Source of the DNA: Massalongia carnosa
Lineage: Eukaryota
Assembly (NCBI GenBank): GCA_965645245.1
Contig: OZ287067.1
Span: 1,550,001-1,614,000, forward strand
Length of the DNA stretch: 64,000 nt
Reading direction: 5' to 3'
Part shown: positions 36,881 to 48,705 of the stretch, piece after piece
How positions within the stretch are numbered: the stretch's first letter is position 1
How the letters are laid out: every line of letters begins with the position of its first letter
Program-made: the position numbers and the translations under genes
The notes under the pieces: generated by a model
Told to the model about the DNA's origin: nothing
Database searches by the model: none
What the model saw: the letters and a program-made list of their open reading frames with translations, nothing else

Positions 36881-38226
36881 CACGCGGGTGAAAAAAAAAG
36901 GGCAAGGTGAGCCGAAACTCCCCCACCAAAACTTACCCTTTTCTTCCCTTTTTTCTTCCCCATCTTCTTCCCCATTCAACATTTCAATTCGTATGACCAT
37001 TGAAATTCTACATACATTCTATTCAATAGCTAGTCATCGCACCCTCAGCCCTAATTACCTCTTCCAATCGTTTGGGCATTGATCGAACTCTTTCATTGAT
37101 GAATTCCTGCGTCACCCGTTCCCATCCATCCCTAATCAGCTGCTTCAAGCTGACATCGTCCCAATGAGGATACTTTCGAACATGCTGCTTCGCTGGCTGC
37201 CAGCAATTTTCTATAGGGGACAAATCAGGTGATGAGGCACAATTGAAATAATGCTTTAAATGATGATCTTCCTTTCATTTCTTGACGGCATTTCTTGTCT
37301 TGCCCGTGCCATGACCAGAGTCTCCATCTTCTTCAAGTACGAAGTCATCCCCGCGCTCCAGCCAGGGCTTGACGACGGGGTCAAGAACGGATTCAATATA
37401 CACCTGATGAGTCATTTTACCATTGCTGTTGCCCGGCACGTCATAAAAGATAATAGCCGACTTGAAATTGTAGCCAATTGCAGCCCAGCAATGTTTTCGT
37501 TTTCGATCTTTCTCAGGAGGCGGGTCACGATGCTGTATGCAATCCCAACGATATCGTGTTCCGGGCTGACGAATGATTCGTAACTGTCCTTCCGGCCCAT
37601 ATCCAAAATGAATCTCATCACTAAATCGTACGCGATCCCATTGCTCCGGTTTGGGATATCTGGTCAGCATCATGTGAGCAAATTCGACCCGTCTTTCCAT
37701 AGGTGGGTCGGCCAGCCATCCCTTGACGCAGGCCAGACATTTCTCATAGTTTAGAGCAGCCGACATAACATTGTGCATTGTACGACCGACAACGTCGGCC
37801 CCAATCTCCATAGCCAATTGTTCCCATGTGTATCGTTTTCCTTCCAACTGTAGCCCCCAATCTTGTAGAATGTGATCTGCCTCCTGTATTTGTGCTTCCG
37901 TGACTTTTGATTTGCGACCGCGTGTCTCAACGAGCGTTGAATGATGTCCTCTTCTAGAAGATGCTCCGTTTCGAATGATCTTATAGCCCTGTCTCTCGCT
38001 TCGGATGCCAAAATGCTGAAAAATCTCTCGAGGATCGATGGAAATGCCTTTTGCAAGAAGAAATTCATAAGCTCCCTGCACCTTGGCCTTTTGAGGTGTA
38101 TCGTAGTGGGATGGCATTTGAAATGTTGAATGAGGAAGAGGATGGGGAAGAAAAAGGGGAAGAAAAGGGGTAAGTTTTGGTGGGGGAGTTTCGGCTCACC
38201 TTGCCATTTTTTTTTTCACCCGCGTG
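36881..38226 (-). mobile_element. IS630-Tc1-mariner-type (DD38E) DNA transposon with CAC..GTG ends and a 5-bp TSD
   Basis: Imperfect TIRs of about 107 bp (36881-36987 and 38118-38226) starting CACGCGGGTGAAAAAAAAA. AGTGG is duplicated at 36876-36880 and 38227-38231, and neither end is flanked by TA. Confidence 0.92.
37023..38117 (-). pseudogene. Tc1-like transposase, DD38E, with a single in-frame TGA
   Basis: ETRGRK, RVRFSDEIHF, HCWAAIGY, VLEEDGDSGH..SSPDLSPIENCW (38 residues between D2 and E) and SMPKRLEEVIRAEG. TGA at 37275-37277 in KK*KE. Confidence 0.9.
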
Positions 38227-38549
38227 AGTGGTTAAAGTGCTAGGTAACTAGTTAGCGGCGGGAAGATGCGTTGTGACCTAATCAGATCATCAGATAACAC
38301 GCTCTATACCAGGTACTTTTCAACCCATTTCTTGCCCACTACCTTCTACAATCCTATCCCTTCGTTCTTCTTTCTAATCCTTATTACATAGTTTTAATCT
38401 ATCCAGATCAGGCGTCTGCTTTGAATTCTAGACAATCATGCCAAAGTCTTCAAGCTTGAGTTCGAACAAGAGCGTCCATTGATGGGAGACGACGGAGATC
38501 AATCATCCCTTAATCGTGCCAAAACACTAAACCCAACCGAGTTGTTGCT

Positions 38550-39580
38550 TTCTTGACCTTGGCGCTCAAGCTATTTTTGAATGTGTAAGGCAGCTAAGCA
38601 GCAGCTTCTTCCTCAATCATGGAAAGGGAAAAACATCTTTACCGGAGCCAAGAACCTATGGTATGAGTTGGATTTTATGGGCCTTCTGGTGCTCTCAACC
38701 GCAATCTCGTTGCTTTTGACACCCTTTGATCTTGGCGGCGACGGCGAAACACGGGTGGCACAATACTAGCATAATCGCCATGATCGTCGTAGGTTTTGTT
38801 TGTCTCATAGTGTTTCCCTTCTGTGAAACAAATGGTAAACTAGCCCCTCGGCCTTTCTGCCCCTACGGCTTCTCACCAATTGAACCCTCCGGGCAGGCTG
38901 TACCATTAGATTTTTACTTCGGTTAGCGCTTCTTCCATACATCTTATGCTCCAAGGTCGAACCAACACTAATCCCTCATGCCCGGACATGCAGCTATCTT
39001 TTACACCTCCATAAAACCATATTTCTTCTCCTACCTCCGTGTCGTCCAATCCAACTCCATCATCGCCGCTGGCCACATTACTCAAACTTTCAGCTTTACC
39101 TCCATATTTTCGTCTATCGTCATATCTCTCGCCATCAGATACTCACATGGATACAAGTAATTCATCACCACTGGCGCCGCCATCTACCTCCTTGGCATTA
39201 GCCTCATAATTCGGTATCGGGTGGAGGGTTCATCCATCTCTCAGATTGTCGGCGCTCAAATAGCCGTCGGGATTGGCGGCGGCATAATGAATGTTCCCGC
39301 TCAACTTGGTGTACAAGTTTCGGACTCGCACGAGGACGTGGCAGCTGCAACCACCATTCTCCTTACGATTGTCGAGACCGGAGGCGCAGTTGGATCAGCG
39401 TTGCCAGGAGCGGTCTGGACCGCGAATATCCCCAAGAAATTAGCTCATACCTCCTGCCAGATGCTCAAGCAGACACAGCCAATATTTTCGCCAACCTGAC
39501 CACTGCAACCACATCATATGTCATGGGAACGCCCGAGAGAGTAGCGATCAATCGGAGTTATCAGGAGACGATGGATGGAG
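38550..39580 (+). pseudogene. Siderophore-iron MFS transporter (SIT/MirB/Arn type), 5'-truncated pseudogene
   Basis: LWYELDFMGLLVLSTAISLLL, GWHNTSIIAMIVVG, PYFFSYLRVVQ..AAGHITQTFSF, QIAVGIGGG..VPAQLGVQ..HEDVAAAT..GGAVGSA..AVW and GTPERVAINRSYQET. Frameshifts at ~38725 and ~39450, TAA at 39158-39160; no N-terminal half found. Confidence 0.85.
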
Positions 39581-40395
39581 AGGCAGGTCAACAGAGGAAC
39601 GAATTCATTCATAGATCTGGAAGTTAACTGACGATATATGGAGAAAATGAGAACAAGGGAGGATGAGTTGAACTGTACATCGAGATTCCATATTCTCTAG
39701 ATAGAAGCAAACCATGAAGCAAAGTCTTTATTACCAAGAAATCAACTGTTGTCATAAGGAGATCTGGCAATTCAATCTTATCAATATATTATCCGGTGCC
39801 AGAGTGCCGGGTGCTACCCGAAGAAGTTTGCTCTGCATGATTACTATGTCACTGCCGTAACCAGGTGCAACCATCACAACTTTGGCCGAATCAAAGGGTA
39901 TTCTCTCCCAACCTACCACACCACTGGAAGCCAAATGACATATATTTCTAGAGCAAGAGAGCTGAAACGATAATAGTGCTCCGATGGTGTACTGATGTTT
40001 GTCAGCCACGGTAACGCCTCCGAGCATTCAGATGAAGATGCATCTCGTTTCATGACCGTGGTGATAGGTTGTTGCTCTTTTTATGGTCCAAACACCGTGT
40101 TGGACAGTTGCATCATTTCTTTCGTCTCATTGTCAGCTTGAAAAAGAGAAATGGAGGAAAGGGAGAAGGAAAAGGAAGAAAGAAAATGCGAATGCCCTGA
40201 CCCCTTTAAAAGGGATTTTAGTTTATCCGTACGGAGCCAGAACCAGAACCAGGGCCAGACCCGGACCCCTTGCCGCCGTCAACCGTGATAGAGCCGGGAA
40301 AGTTTGGATGCACTTTCAGTTTCTCCATTCGTCCTTCTGTCTGTCTACTTTGTTTACTTCAATATCCAGCAGTAGGCTGCATCTCCGGTGATTCT

Positions 40396-40446
40396 TACAG
40401 AGTACAGAGTACCGAGTACCGAGTACCGAGTACAGAGTACAGAGTA
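40396..40446. repeat. Seven tandem 7-mers: TA-CAGAG x2, TA-CCGAG x3, TA-CAGAG x2, closing TA
   Basis: Read directly; lies about 800 bp upstream of CDC42. Confidence 0.92.
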
Positions 40447-41244
40447 CGTCCACACGTCGAAACCGTCCTTGCCCGACAAGGGTTCTCAAGGTGTGGGCAA
40501 TTGCCTTCGATACGTCGAGGCAGCCACGGGCGCACGGCTTCAACCCCCCAGATCAAGCCCAAGAACCACCTCCCACCACCCCCGAACTCTGTGCACCCCC
40601 CTAACGCCCGCGTTCAGCCACAGCGCAATAGGAAAAGATACACCGACCCCCAATATCTTTGTATCGTGTACTCTGTACCTGAGAGATAGACTAATTTTCG
40701 TTGACGCCGAAAGTACTCGATACTTGTGCTCTGTACCCCCGGCTGAATATTCTAAAATTAATAGCTAAAGTTAAGGTAGCTTCAGTTTCATCTTTTCTTC
40801 CGCAAAAAGCGATTTGTGTCATATCGTCCAACACGCATCGCAGTTTACTCTACATCAAGGAGTCTGACCATCTGCGTAACCCGTAGCGGTTCTCCCGTGC
40901 GGTGTGTGTCCCCTCGACCGCTTTGTGTCGAAATACTATCCATGAGAATTTTGGTGGCATCCGTCGCAACTCCAAAATACCTAAAGCCGCCGCGGCCTGG
41001 AGCTCTCATCTCTTTCACTCAGTCAATCCACCCTTCTCCTCTCCCTACCTGGTGATTGTTGGTCCAGAGCTTTCGCTTTCGCTATCGCTATTGCTTTCGC
41101 TTCTGCTTCCGCTTCCGCTTATCCTACAGACCTCTTCCATACACCATCGCTTCGTATCGTGGTGCTATTTGATCGGCTTGCTCAATACCGGGAAGAAGTC
41201 TGCCAGGCAGAGTGGTTTACAATCTCTAGACGGGAACGGTCTAG

Positions 41245-42249
<1,005 letters not shown>

Positions 42250-45200
42250 TCCGCCATCTCGTGCGAGCCATCCCAAGCCATCCACCCCCCATTTCCATTT
42301 TGTCACAAGGGCGGCGGTGTTACAATTGCTAGGAACCATTTTGTGTGTTTAGTCCTCCTGGGATCATTGTTGTTTTGTTGTTGTTTCTATTTATTCACCC
42401 CCCCTTTGCACTGGCGGAGAATGGTGTCAATACGGGGGTTTTGAAATCGAGAAAACCCACCTAGGATAGGATAGGATAGGACAGGACAGGATAAAGTTGT
42501 GGTTACCTGAATTCCTCCCCCCCCCCGGTCCATTTTTCCAATGGGGGAGATTGAGAAGATGTAGCAGCGAATCAAGGGGGATTTTCCCATAGAATTGAGA
42601 GAAGTGAACAATCACGCTTTAAACCCAAATTTCGCCAAACTCCGTTGACGACGACGATGTACTTATCTGTTTACTTGGCCTCTCGAGTTCCCCCCCCCTC
42701 CTGTAAATTAACCACCAAACAATCACTCGAAAGAACGAGTAAGCGAGCTGGGTAGGGTTAATCATATTGATTAAATTCAAGAAGAATATATATATATATA
42801 TATATTTTTTTAAAAATTCTCCATTTGCTTGGATTTTCACCTCATTGTTCATTGTTCATGGTCCATGGTTTATTTCTTCCCTTTTTTCTCCCCCCTCTCA
42901 TCCCTAGTATTTACCAAATCCCTCCTGACCGCTTTGTGACTGCTTCAGGCTGGATATGTATTCATAGATAGGTAGGTAGGTAATCATATTCTCTTCTTCC
43001 GCCTCCTTCGAACTCACGCTCTTCCCCTCTCACTACATATTTCCAGAAAAGGGAGGAAGAAAGAAATAAAAATACATTTTGCGTATATTTCTTTTGGTGA
43101 GGAGGGATTAACGAGCTAGTACGAAAGATAACTTTTTTTCTTTCTCTTGATGATGGTGATAGTGGTGGTGGAGGAAGAGGAAGAAACCGGGGAGTTGGAA
43201 GAATACCTACGGGAGGAAAAAGACACGGAACTAGATTTTTGGTTTTAATTCTGTGAAACGGAGTGAGAAAGAGAGGAGAAAGGCGCCCCGGGGGGGAGAG
43301 AGTTCTTTCTGAGATGAAGAAGAGAGAGAGAGAGAAAGAAAAATGATGAAAAGCCGGTAAGTTGGCGCGTGGGATTGTAGTTCTTCGAGATATGGATCGT
43401 GTTTACGGAGTATATTATTGCCTTTTTTAAGGAAGGTACTCGGGAAATCGGGTAAGTAAGTGCGTGATAAGTACGTGAGAATAGGTGTTGAGTTATATGT
43501 TCATATCGGGACTGTTCGAGTTTCGGGGGGAGGGAATCCTGATGGGAAGATGGAGAAAGATTAAGTTACCGACACAATTACAGCATTTCTCGGACAGGCG
43601 GGGCAGACTGAGTACCTAGATTGGAAAGGCTGCTTTTCTTTTTAGGCTAAGGGATTCCCATTTGAAAATTAATCGAGTTAGGATTAGGCAGACTGTGGCT
43701 GGTTTCAATATGAAGCGGAGGAGTGCACGATAGTGTTCTTCCTTATGTCTGTTGTCTGTTCATTTCGTTGAGGGAATGCTGGGTTAAACCTCAATGTATT
43801 TGAATTCTGACCTGTTGAAACTCCTTTAATATAAATATGAAAGCGGGTTTGTTTGTCCTTTGCTCATGTCAAGATTGACGAGGTGAGCTTCAGCAAATCT
43901 GAAGTTTGACGATCTGGATCATCTTTTCATCAAATGATTTCCTCTTGATTCAGAGAGAAAAAGGAGTGCCAACTTTAGGAGCTTGGCGCAAGTGATACTA
44001 TTCCTGCTCAGGGGTTTCCGCATCGAAGTCGAACAGTCTGACACTCTGGCGATCTGTAGTCATCTTCCGGTAAGGACTCTCAAACTTAGCACGACATCAG
44101 TTGTCTTATTCCAGATCAGGGTTTCTCTCTTCAAAAGTCGAACGTCCTTACCCTCTAGCGTCCTGTATCTTTTCCAAGGACTCGGAAGTCGTGCTAATCC
44201 TGATCAGGGATTCTTTGTTGAAGATCGAACTCCCTCATACTTTAGCGGCCCATACCTTGCGAGAATGCAGAAACCATATTGACTTATGCTGGACCCTCTT
44301 CAAGTGAAAGGCTTGATTGAGATTAACGAGACTGTCAGCGAAAGATAACATATAGATAGTCAACACCCCATTTTGCTTAGACCTAAGGTAATTCTTCATC
44401 TCGATTAGAAGAATATATCAGCGACAATCTTTAGAGACCAGCAAAGCTCTTACGGGTAGATTTCATCTTGATCTTTCATTTTGATCTTTCAAATCCTTCT
44501 ATCTTTCTCAAGGTTTAGTAGATCGGGAGATGACACTTGTCCAAATACTATGCGGTATTCGAGATACCCCCGATTGTGACTGGTGGTGATCTTATCAAAG
44601 GCGGGTTAAATAACCTGGCACTCAATCGCACAATAAAAACCTGGCTCCGGGTTTCTGGGGAAGTCAAGCTCTCCTATAGAGGAAATTATAAGGCTGTACC
44701 AATTCTGTTCCTAGAGACACCGGAGAACAGTGATGATCTGTTCTTTAGTTCAACAGATATCTCAACGTGTGCAACGCATGAAAAAGCCTATTGACGTCTC
44801 ATTCTTCCTACTCTTTGAAATATCGAAAATCTTTTATCAACCGTGGCAATCAGCGATGCCTTCAAATGGAAATTCGTGGTCCACTCGGACAGATGGACGG
44901 CAGGACCCCTTTCCGGGAGTAACGGGCGGGTTTGCCGGCATATGGCTCAGGTGTGGCTGAGCCAGCTAAATTTGGTTCGACGTGAAATTAAGCATAGTGC
45001 ACATGTAGGGGCTGCTTAAGGTTTTGCAGAAGGGTGTAAGACTTCCATGTGTCCGTAAAAGCTCGTCCCTGAAGAAGGCAGCATATAACGTCAAAGCCTG
45101 GGATTTCACAACGAAGAGAATGAGATCTCAGAAGGATCAAGAAGGATCAACGGTATTGGTATCGGTATTTAGGGAGGCACAATCAGCCACCAAAGGCTTG

Positions 45201-46179
45201 TGTAACAAACATAACAAACACAAGTCTTGACTCCGTAACGAATGAGATGTAAGGTACAGAGTCCCGTCTCTAAGACCGAGATGGCTTAGCGCCGTCACTT
45301 AGAGAGGTGGCGTTGACATTAATGACGGAATATTTGAGATCTTGTGGCTGGTGAGAGCCGCAAATGGATAAGGGGTCGATGTTATGGGGGTAATTTTGGT
45401 ATGTTTAGGCGCGTCTTCATTTCGTTTGTGATGCTCCCTGTAATTGCTGTAAAGCGTCTTTTCATCTTTTCATCTTGTCATCTTGTCATCTTGTCATCTT
45501 TCCAGCTTTGCATCCTTCGCCGACTTCTTCTTCTTCCCCTCCGAACCTTTCGTCTCTTCACGCAACTTTATTTACTTGCAAATTACCTTGACTATTCCAA
45601 CACTACGTTCTTTAACACGCCTTGGGCAACTAATCATTCTTTACTTTCCTTCCTTTGCACTCCTGGAGGCTTCCTATTTCATTCTCTTTCACTATTAGTA
45701 GCTTCATCCTTTGCTCTCTTTACAAGCACAGCGCCAAATCCGTTTGTTTTCACAAACAACACTGGCTGAAAACGGCATTGCCCAACATCAACAAAGATAT
45801 TCTGTGGCCTGGGGTTGAAAGATCAAGTGGAAGAACCTGAAAAGTTAGCTAATACACCTTTACCTATTCGTTCGCTATTTTCCGCTTCGTTGATCTGTTA
45901 AATCTTCCAGAGGTTTGTCAGACTTCCACGCGTGTCATCATTTAGACAATCATCGGGCTAATCGACGCAGATTCTTAACTTCTCCATTCGAAGAGCGTGA
46001 CCACTCCTTCATGTACCATATTCCCAGCTAGGCGATAATTGACCTTGCATCCTATTAATACCTTCTTCCACCCTTTTCGACGTTCGGAGTCTACGAACCC
46101 GAACATCTAATCCTTCGCTACGGCTGCCATAGCATCTAATCATCAGGACAGCTTTGTCCTGCCTCCGCATTTACTCGGA

Positions 46180-48705
46180 ATGCAGCATCAAAATAATAAC
46201 TCGGCCCTCCCCTCTACCGGGCGTCTTTACGGTTCTTTCTCCAAATTATCCATTTCCAACAACGACAATACCGGCTTTTCCCACGGAGCTTATGCGTCAA
46301 ACCAACAAGCTGGTGGTTACGCAGATAGGCACCCACGCCGGGCGAACATAGCTTCCATCAACACCGCGTCGTACGGGCAGAACCAGAATGTGAATGATAT
46401 GGCTACGCCTGGAACAGCATTTGATATGAACTACACTCCCCTTTTGCCCTCTCAATTACTGCTTGGCAGCCCGTTCCAGCCTGGAACACCGTCGGCCTTT
46501 GCTTCGCCGCAGTTTGCAACCTTCGGGGGGTTTCAGCAACAGAATGCCGCCGCTAACCAGCAAAATCAGCAATCCCAAATGGCCAACCAACTCCAGAGTC
46601 AACAAGGAGGCCTCTCGCCACAGATGTACCAAAGCATGGTTTCTCCTTCCAACTTTGGGGTTTCACAATTCTTGGGTGGCCCTCAATCACCAACAACATT
46701 TGGCAGCATGGGAAACCAGAATTTCGGTGGACCGGCTTCGCAGATGCAAATGACTCCAGGGATGGTCAATTCCAGCAGTCGAACCGTGTACTTGGGAAAC
46801 ATTCCGCCCGAAACGTCGGCCGAAGAGATTTTAGGACATGTTCGAAGTGGACAGATTGAATCTGTGCGGCTTTTACCTGACAAGAACTGCGCCTTTATAT
46901 CATTTCTTGATGGTAGTTCGGCAACACATTTCCACTCGGATGCGATATTGAAGAAACTCTCCATTCGCGGCCAAGACATCAAGATTGGGTGGGGAAAGCC
47001 AGCTCAAGTACCTACATCTGTATCACTTGCCGTCCAGCAGTCTGGTGCTTCTAGAAACGTATATCTAGGCAACTTACCCGAAACCGTAACTGAAGCCGAG
47101 CTACGAGAAGACCTTGGGAAATTCGGCCCTATCGACACCGTTAAGATTGTGAGGGAAAAGGCGATTGGATTTGTGCATTTTCTTTCCATCAGCCATGCCA
47201 TCAAAGCTGTTGCCCAGTTACCTCAAGAGCCAAAGTGGCAGGCTCCACGTCGGGTCTACTATGGCAAAGATCGATGCGCCTACATCTCCAAGACGCAGCA
47301 ACAAAATGCTGCTCAGTATCTTGGGATTGCTCCAGGCTACTCGCACGCGCTCAACGGTGCGGACCGAGACTTGATATCTAACGCGCTGGCTCAGCAGTCT
47401 GTGGCAGCGGCTGCAGTTGCAACGACCGCTGGAGGTGTCAGCAACCTTGGTAACCGTACAGTCTATTTGGGGAACATTCACCCAGAAACCTCGATCGAGG
47501 AAATCTGTAACGTCGTACGTGGAGGTCTTTTGCACCATATTCGATATATTCCTGACAAGCACATTTGTTTTGTAACCTTTATCGATCCTACCTCAGCCGC
47601 GTCGTTCTATGCGCTAAGTAACTTGCAAGGTCTCATGATTCATAACCGGCGTTTGAAGATTGGCTGGGGCAAGCATTCAGGAGCCCTCCCTCCAGCCGTG
47701 GCGTTGGCAGTCAGCGGTGGAGCCTCACGAAACGTTTACATTGGAAATCTCGACGAATCCTGGACTGAAGAGCGTCTTCGCCAAGACTTTTCCGAGTATG
47801 GGGAGATCGAGCTTGTCAACGCTTTACGCGAAAAGAGCTGTGCGTTTGTCAATTTCACCAACATTGCCAACGCTATCAAAGCCATCGAAGCTGTCAGAGG
47901 GAGAGAGGAGTACCAACGGTTCAAAGTCAATTTCGGCAAAGATCGCTGTGGAAACGCGCCTAGACAAAACAACCACAATCAACAATCACAGCAAACCCAG
48001 CAATCTGGCATTCGAGAATCCATGACGCAGTCTCCGATCAACGGCAATTTGCACCAAACGCTGAGTCGCACAGGATCTTCTGTAAGCCCAACCAGACAAA
48101 CTCTTTCTCCAGCCCCCAACGGCCTACATAGACGCCAAAACAGCCACGTGCCGACGCCGTCAGCTATTCTCAATGCTGGCAGTAACAACCCTTTGACCAT
48201 GTTTCTAAATCAAGTCTCCGTCCAGCAAGCTCAACAGGAGCAAGATGCCCTTGCAGACCCGTATTCTGTGGCTACCCTGCAGCAACAGCAGCAGCAGGTT
48301 CTTGCCAATCAGCAAGCAACCTTGTATGGCAACTCGTCAGCTGACATCCTTGGAAGCTCCATGCTCGATATTCCGCAGCAAGGCCATAGCAATTCTTATA
48401 GCCAAGGTATGAACGGGGTATCATCTGCGTCAAACACCATCGGTGGCCTTCTTGCTCCTGCCCGAACCACTCAGCACGCTCGCGCTGTAAGTTTACCGGT
48501 TTTCTCGCAGGAGATCTTCGGCAATGGAAATGCCCAGAGTGGACAGCAGCAGCATCAGCAGCAACAGCAGTCGCATGGGTTGCAGCAACCGAGCCACCGT
48601 CATCAGCAGAGCAGCTTCTCTGGCATGAGCGGATTCGGCGGATTTCAGAATCCGGCATGGGGGCTTACAGGTTGGGCGGAAGAGGAGACCACCGGTGCGC
48701 AATAA
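46180..48705 (+). CDS. MRN1: Four-RRM RNA-binding protein, Mrn1/Nrd1(Msa2) family
   Basis: Four RRMs (SRTVYLGNIP, SRNVYLGNLP, NRTVYLGNIH, SRNVYIGNLD), GKDRC motifs and Q/N-rich termini in an 841-aa ORF. Confidence 0.9.
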   Translation: MQHQNNNSALPSTGRLYGSFSKLSISNNDNTGFSHGAYASNQQAGGYADRHPRRANIASINTASYGQNQNVNDMATPGTAFDMNYTPLLPSQLLLGSPFQPGTPSAFASPQFATFGGFQQQNAAANQQNQQSQMANQLQSQQGGLSPQMYQSMVSPSNFGVSQFLGGPQSPTTFGSMGNQNFGGPASQMQMTPGMVNSSSRTVYLGNIPPETSAEEILGHVRSGQIESVRLLPDKNCAFISFLDGSSATHFHSDAILKKLSIRGQDIKIGWGKPAQVPTSVSLAVQQSGASRNVYLGNLPETVTEAELREDLGKFGPIDTVKIVREKAIGFVHFLSISHAIKAVAQLPQEPKWQAPRRVYYGKDRCAYISKTQQQNAAQYLGIAPGYSHALNGADRDLISNALAQQSVAAAAVATTAGGVSNLGNRTVYLGNIHPETSIEEICNVVRGGLLHHIRYIPDKHICFVTFIDPTSAASFYALSNLQGLMIHNRRLKIGWGKHSGALPPAVALAVSGGASRNVYIGNLDESWTEERLRQDFSEYGEIELVNALREKSCAFVNFTNIANAIKAIEAVRGREEYQRFKVNFGKDRCGNAPRQNNHNQQSQQTQQSGIRESMTQSPINGNLHQTLSRTGSSVSPTRQTLSPAPNGLHRRQNSHVPTPSAILNAGSNNPLTMFLNQVSVQQAQQEQDALADPYSVATLQQQQQQVLANQQATLYGNSSADILGSSMLDIPQQGHSNSYSQGMNGVSSASNTIGGLLAPARTTQHARAVSLPVFSQEIFGNGNAQSGQQQHQQQQQSHGLQQPSHRHQQSSFSGMSGFGGFQNPAWGLTGWAEEETTGAQ

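Noticed and set aside
36881..36935. RAG/RSS-like heptamer-nonamer in the DD38E TIR
   Set aside because: Only CAC matches the heptamer well, the nonamer-like ACCAAAACT lies 37 nt away rather than 12 or 23, and the enzyme is Tc1-type rather than Transib.
5400..37277. UGA-to-Trp recoding or selenocysteine suggested by TGA at Trp positions
   Set aside because: Intact genes (PDS5, DAO, CDC42) end in TGA, and the same pseudogenes also contain TAG/TAA stops or frameshifts. Ordinary G-to-A mutation explains it.
43800..45800. Short ORFs between CDC42 and MRN1
   Set aside because: No recognisable motifs, TIRs or consistent exon chain; treated as intergenic DNA or MRN1 leader.
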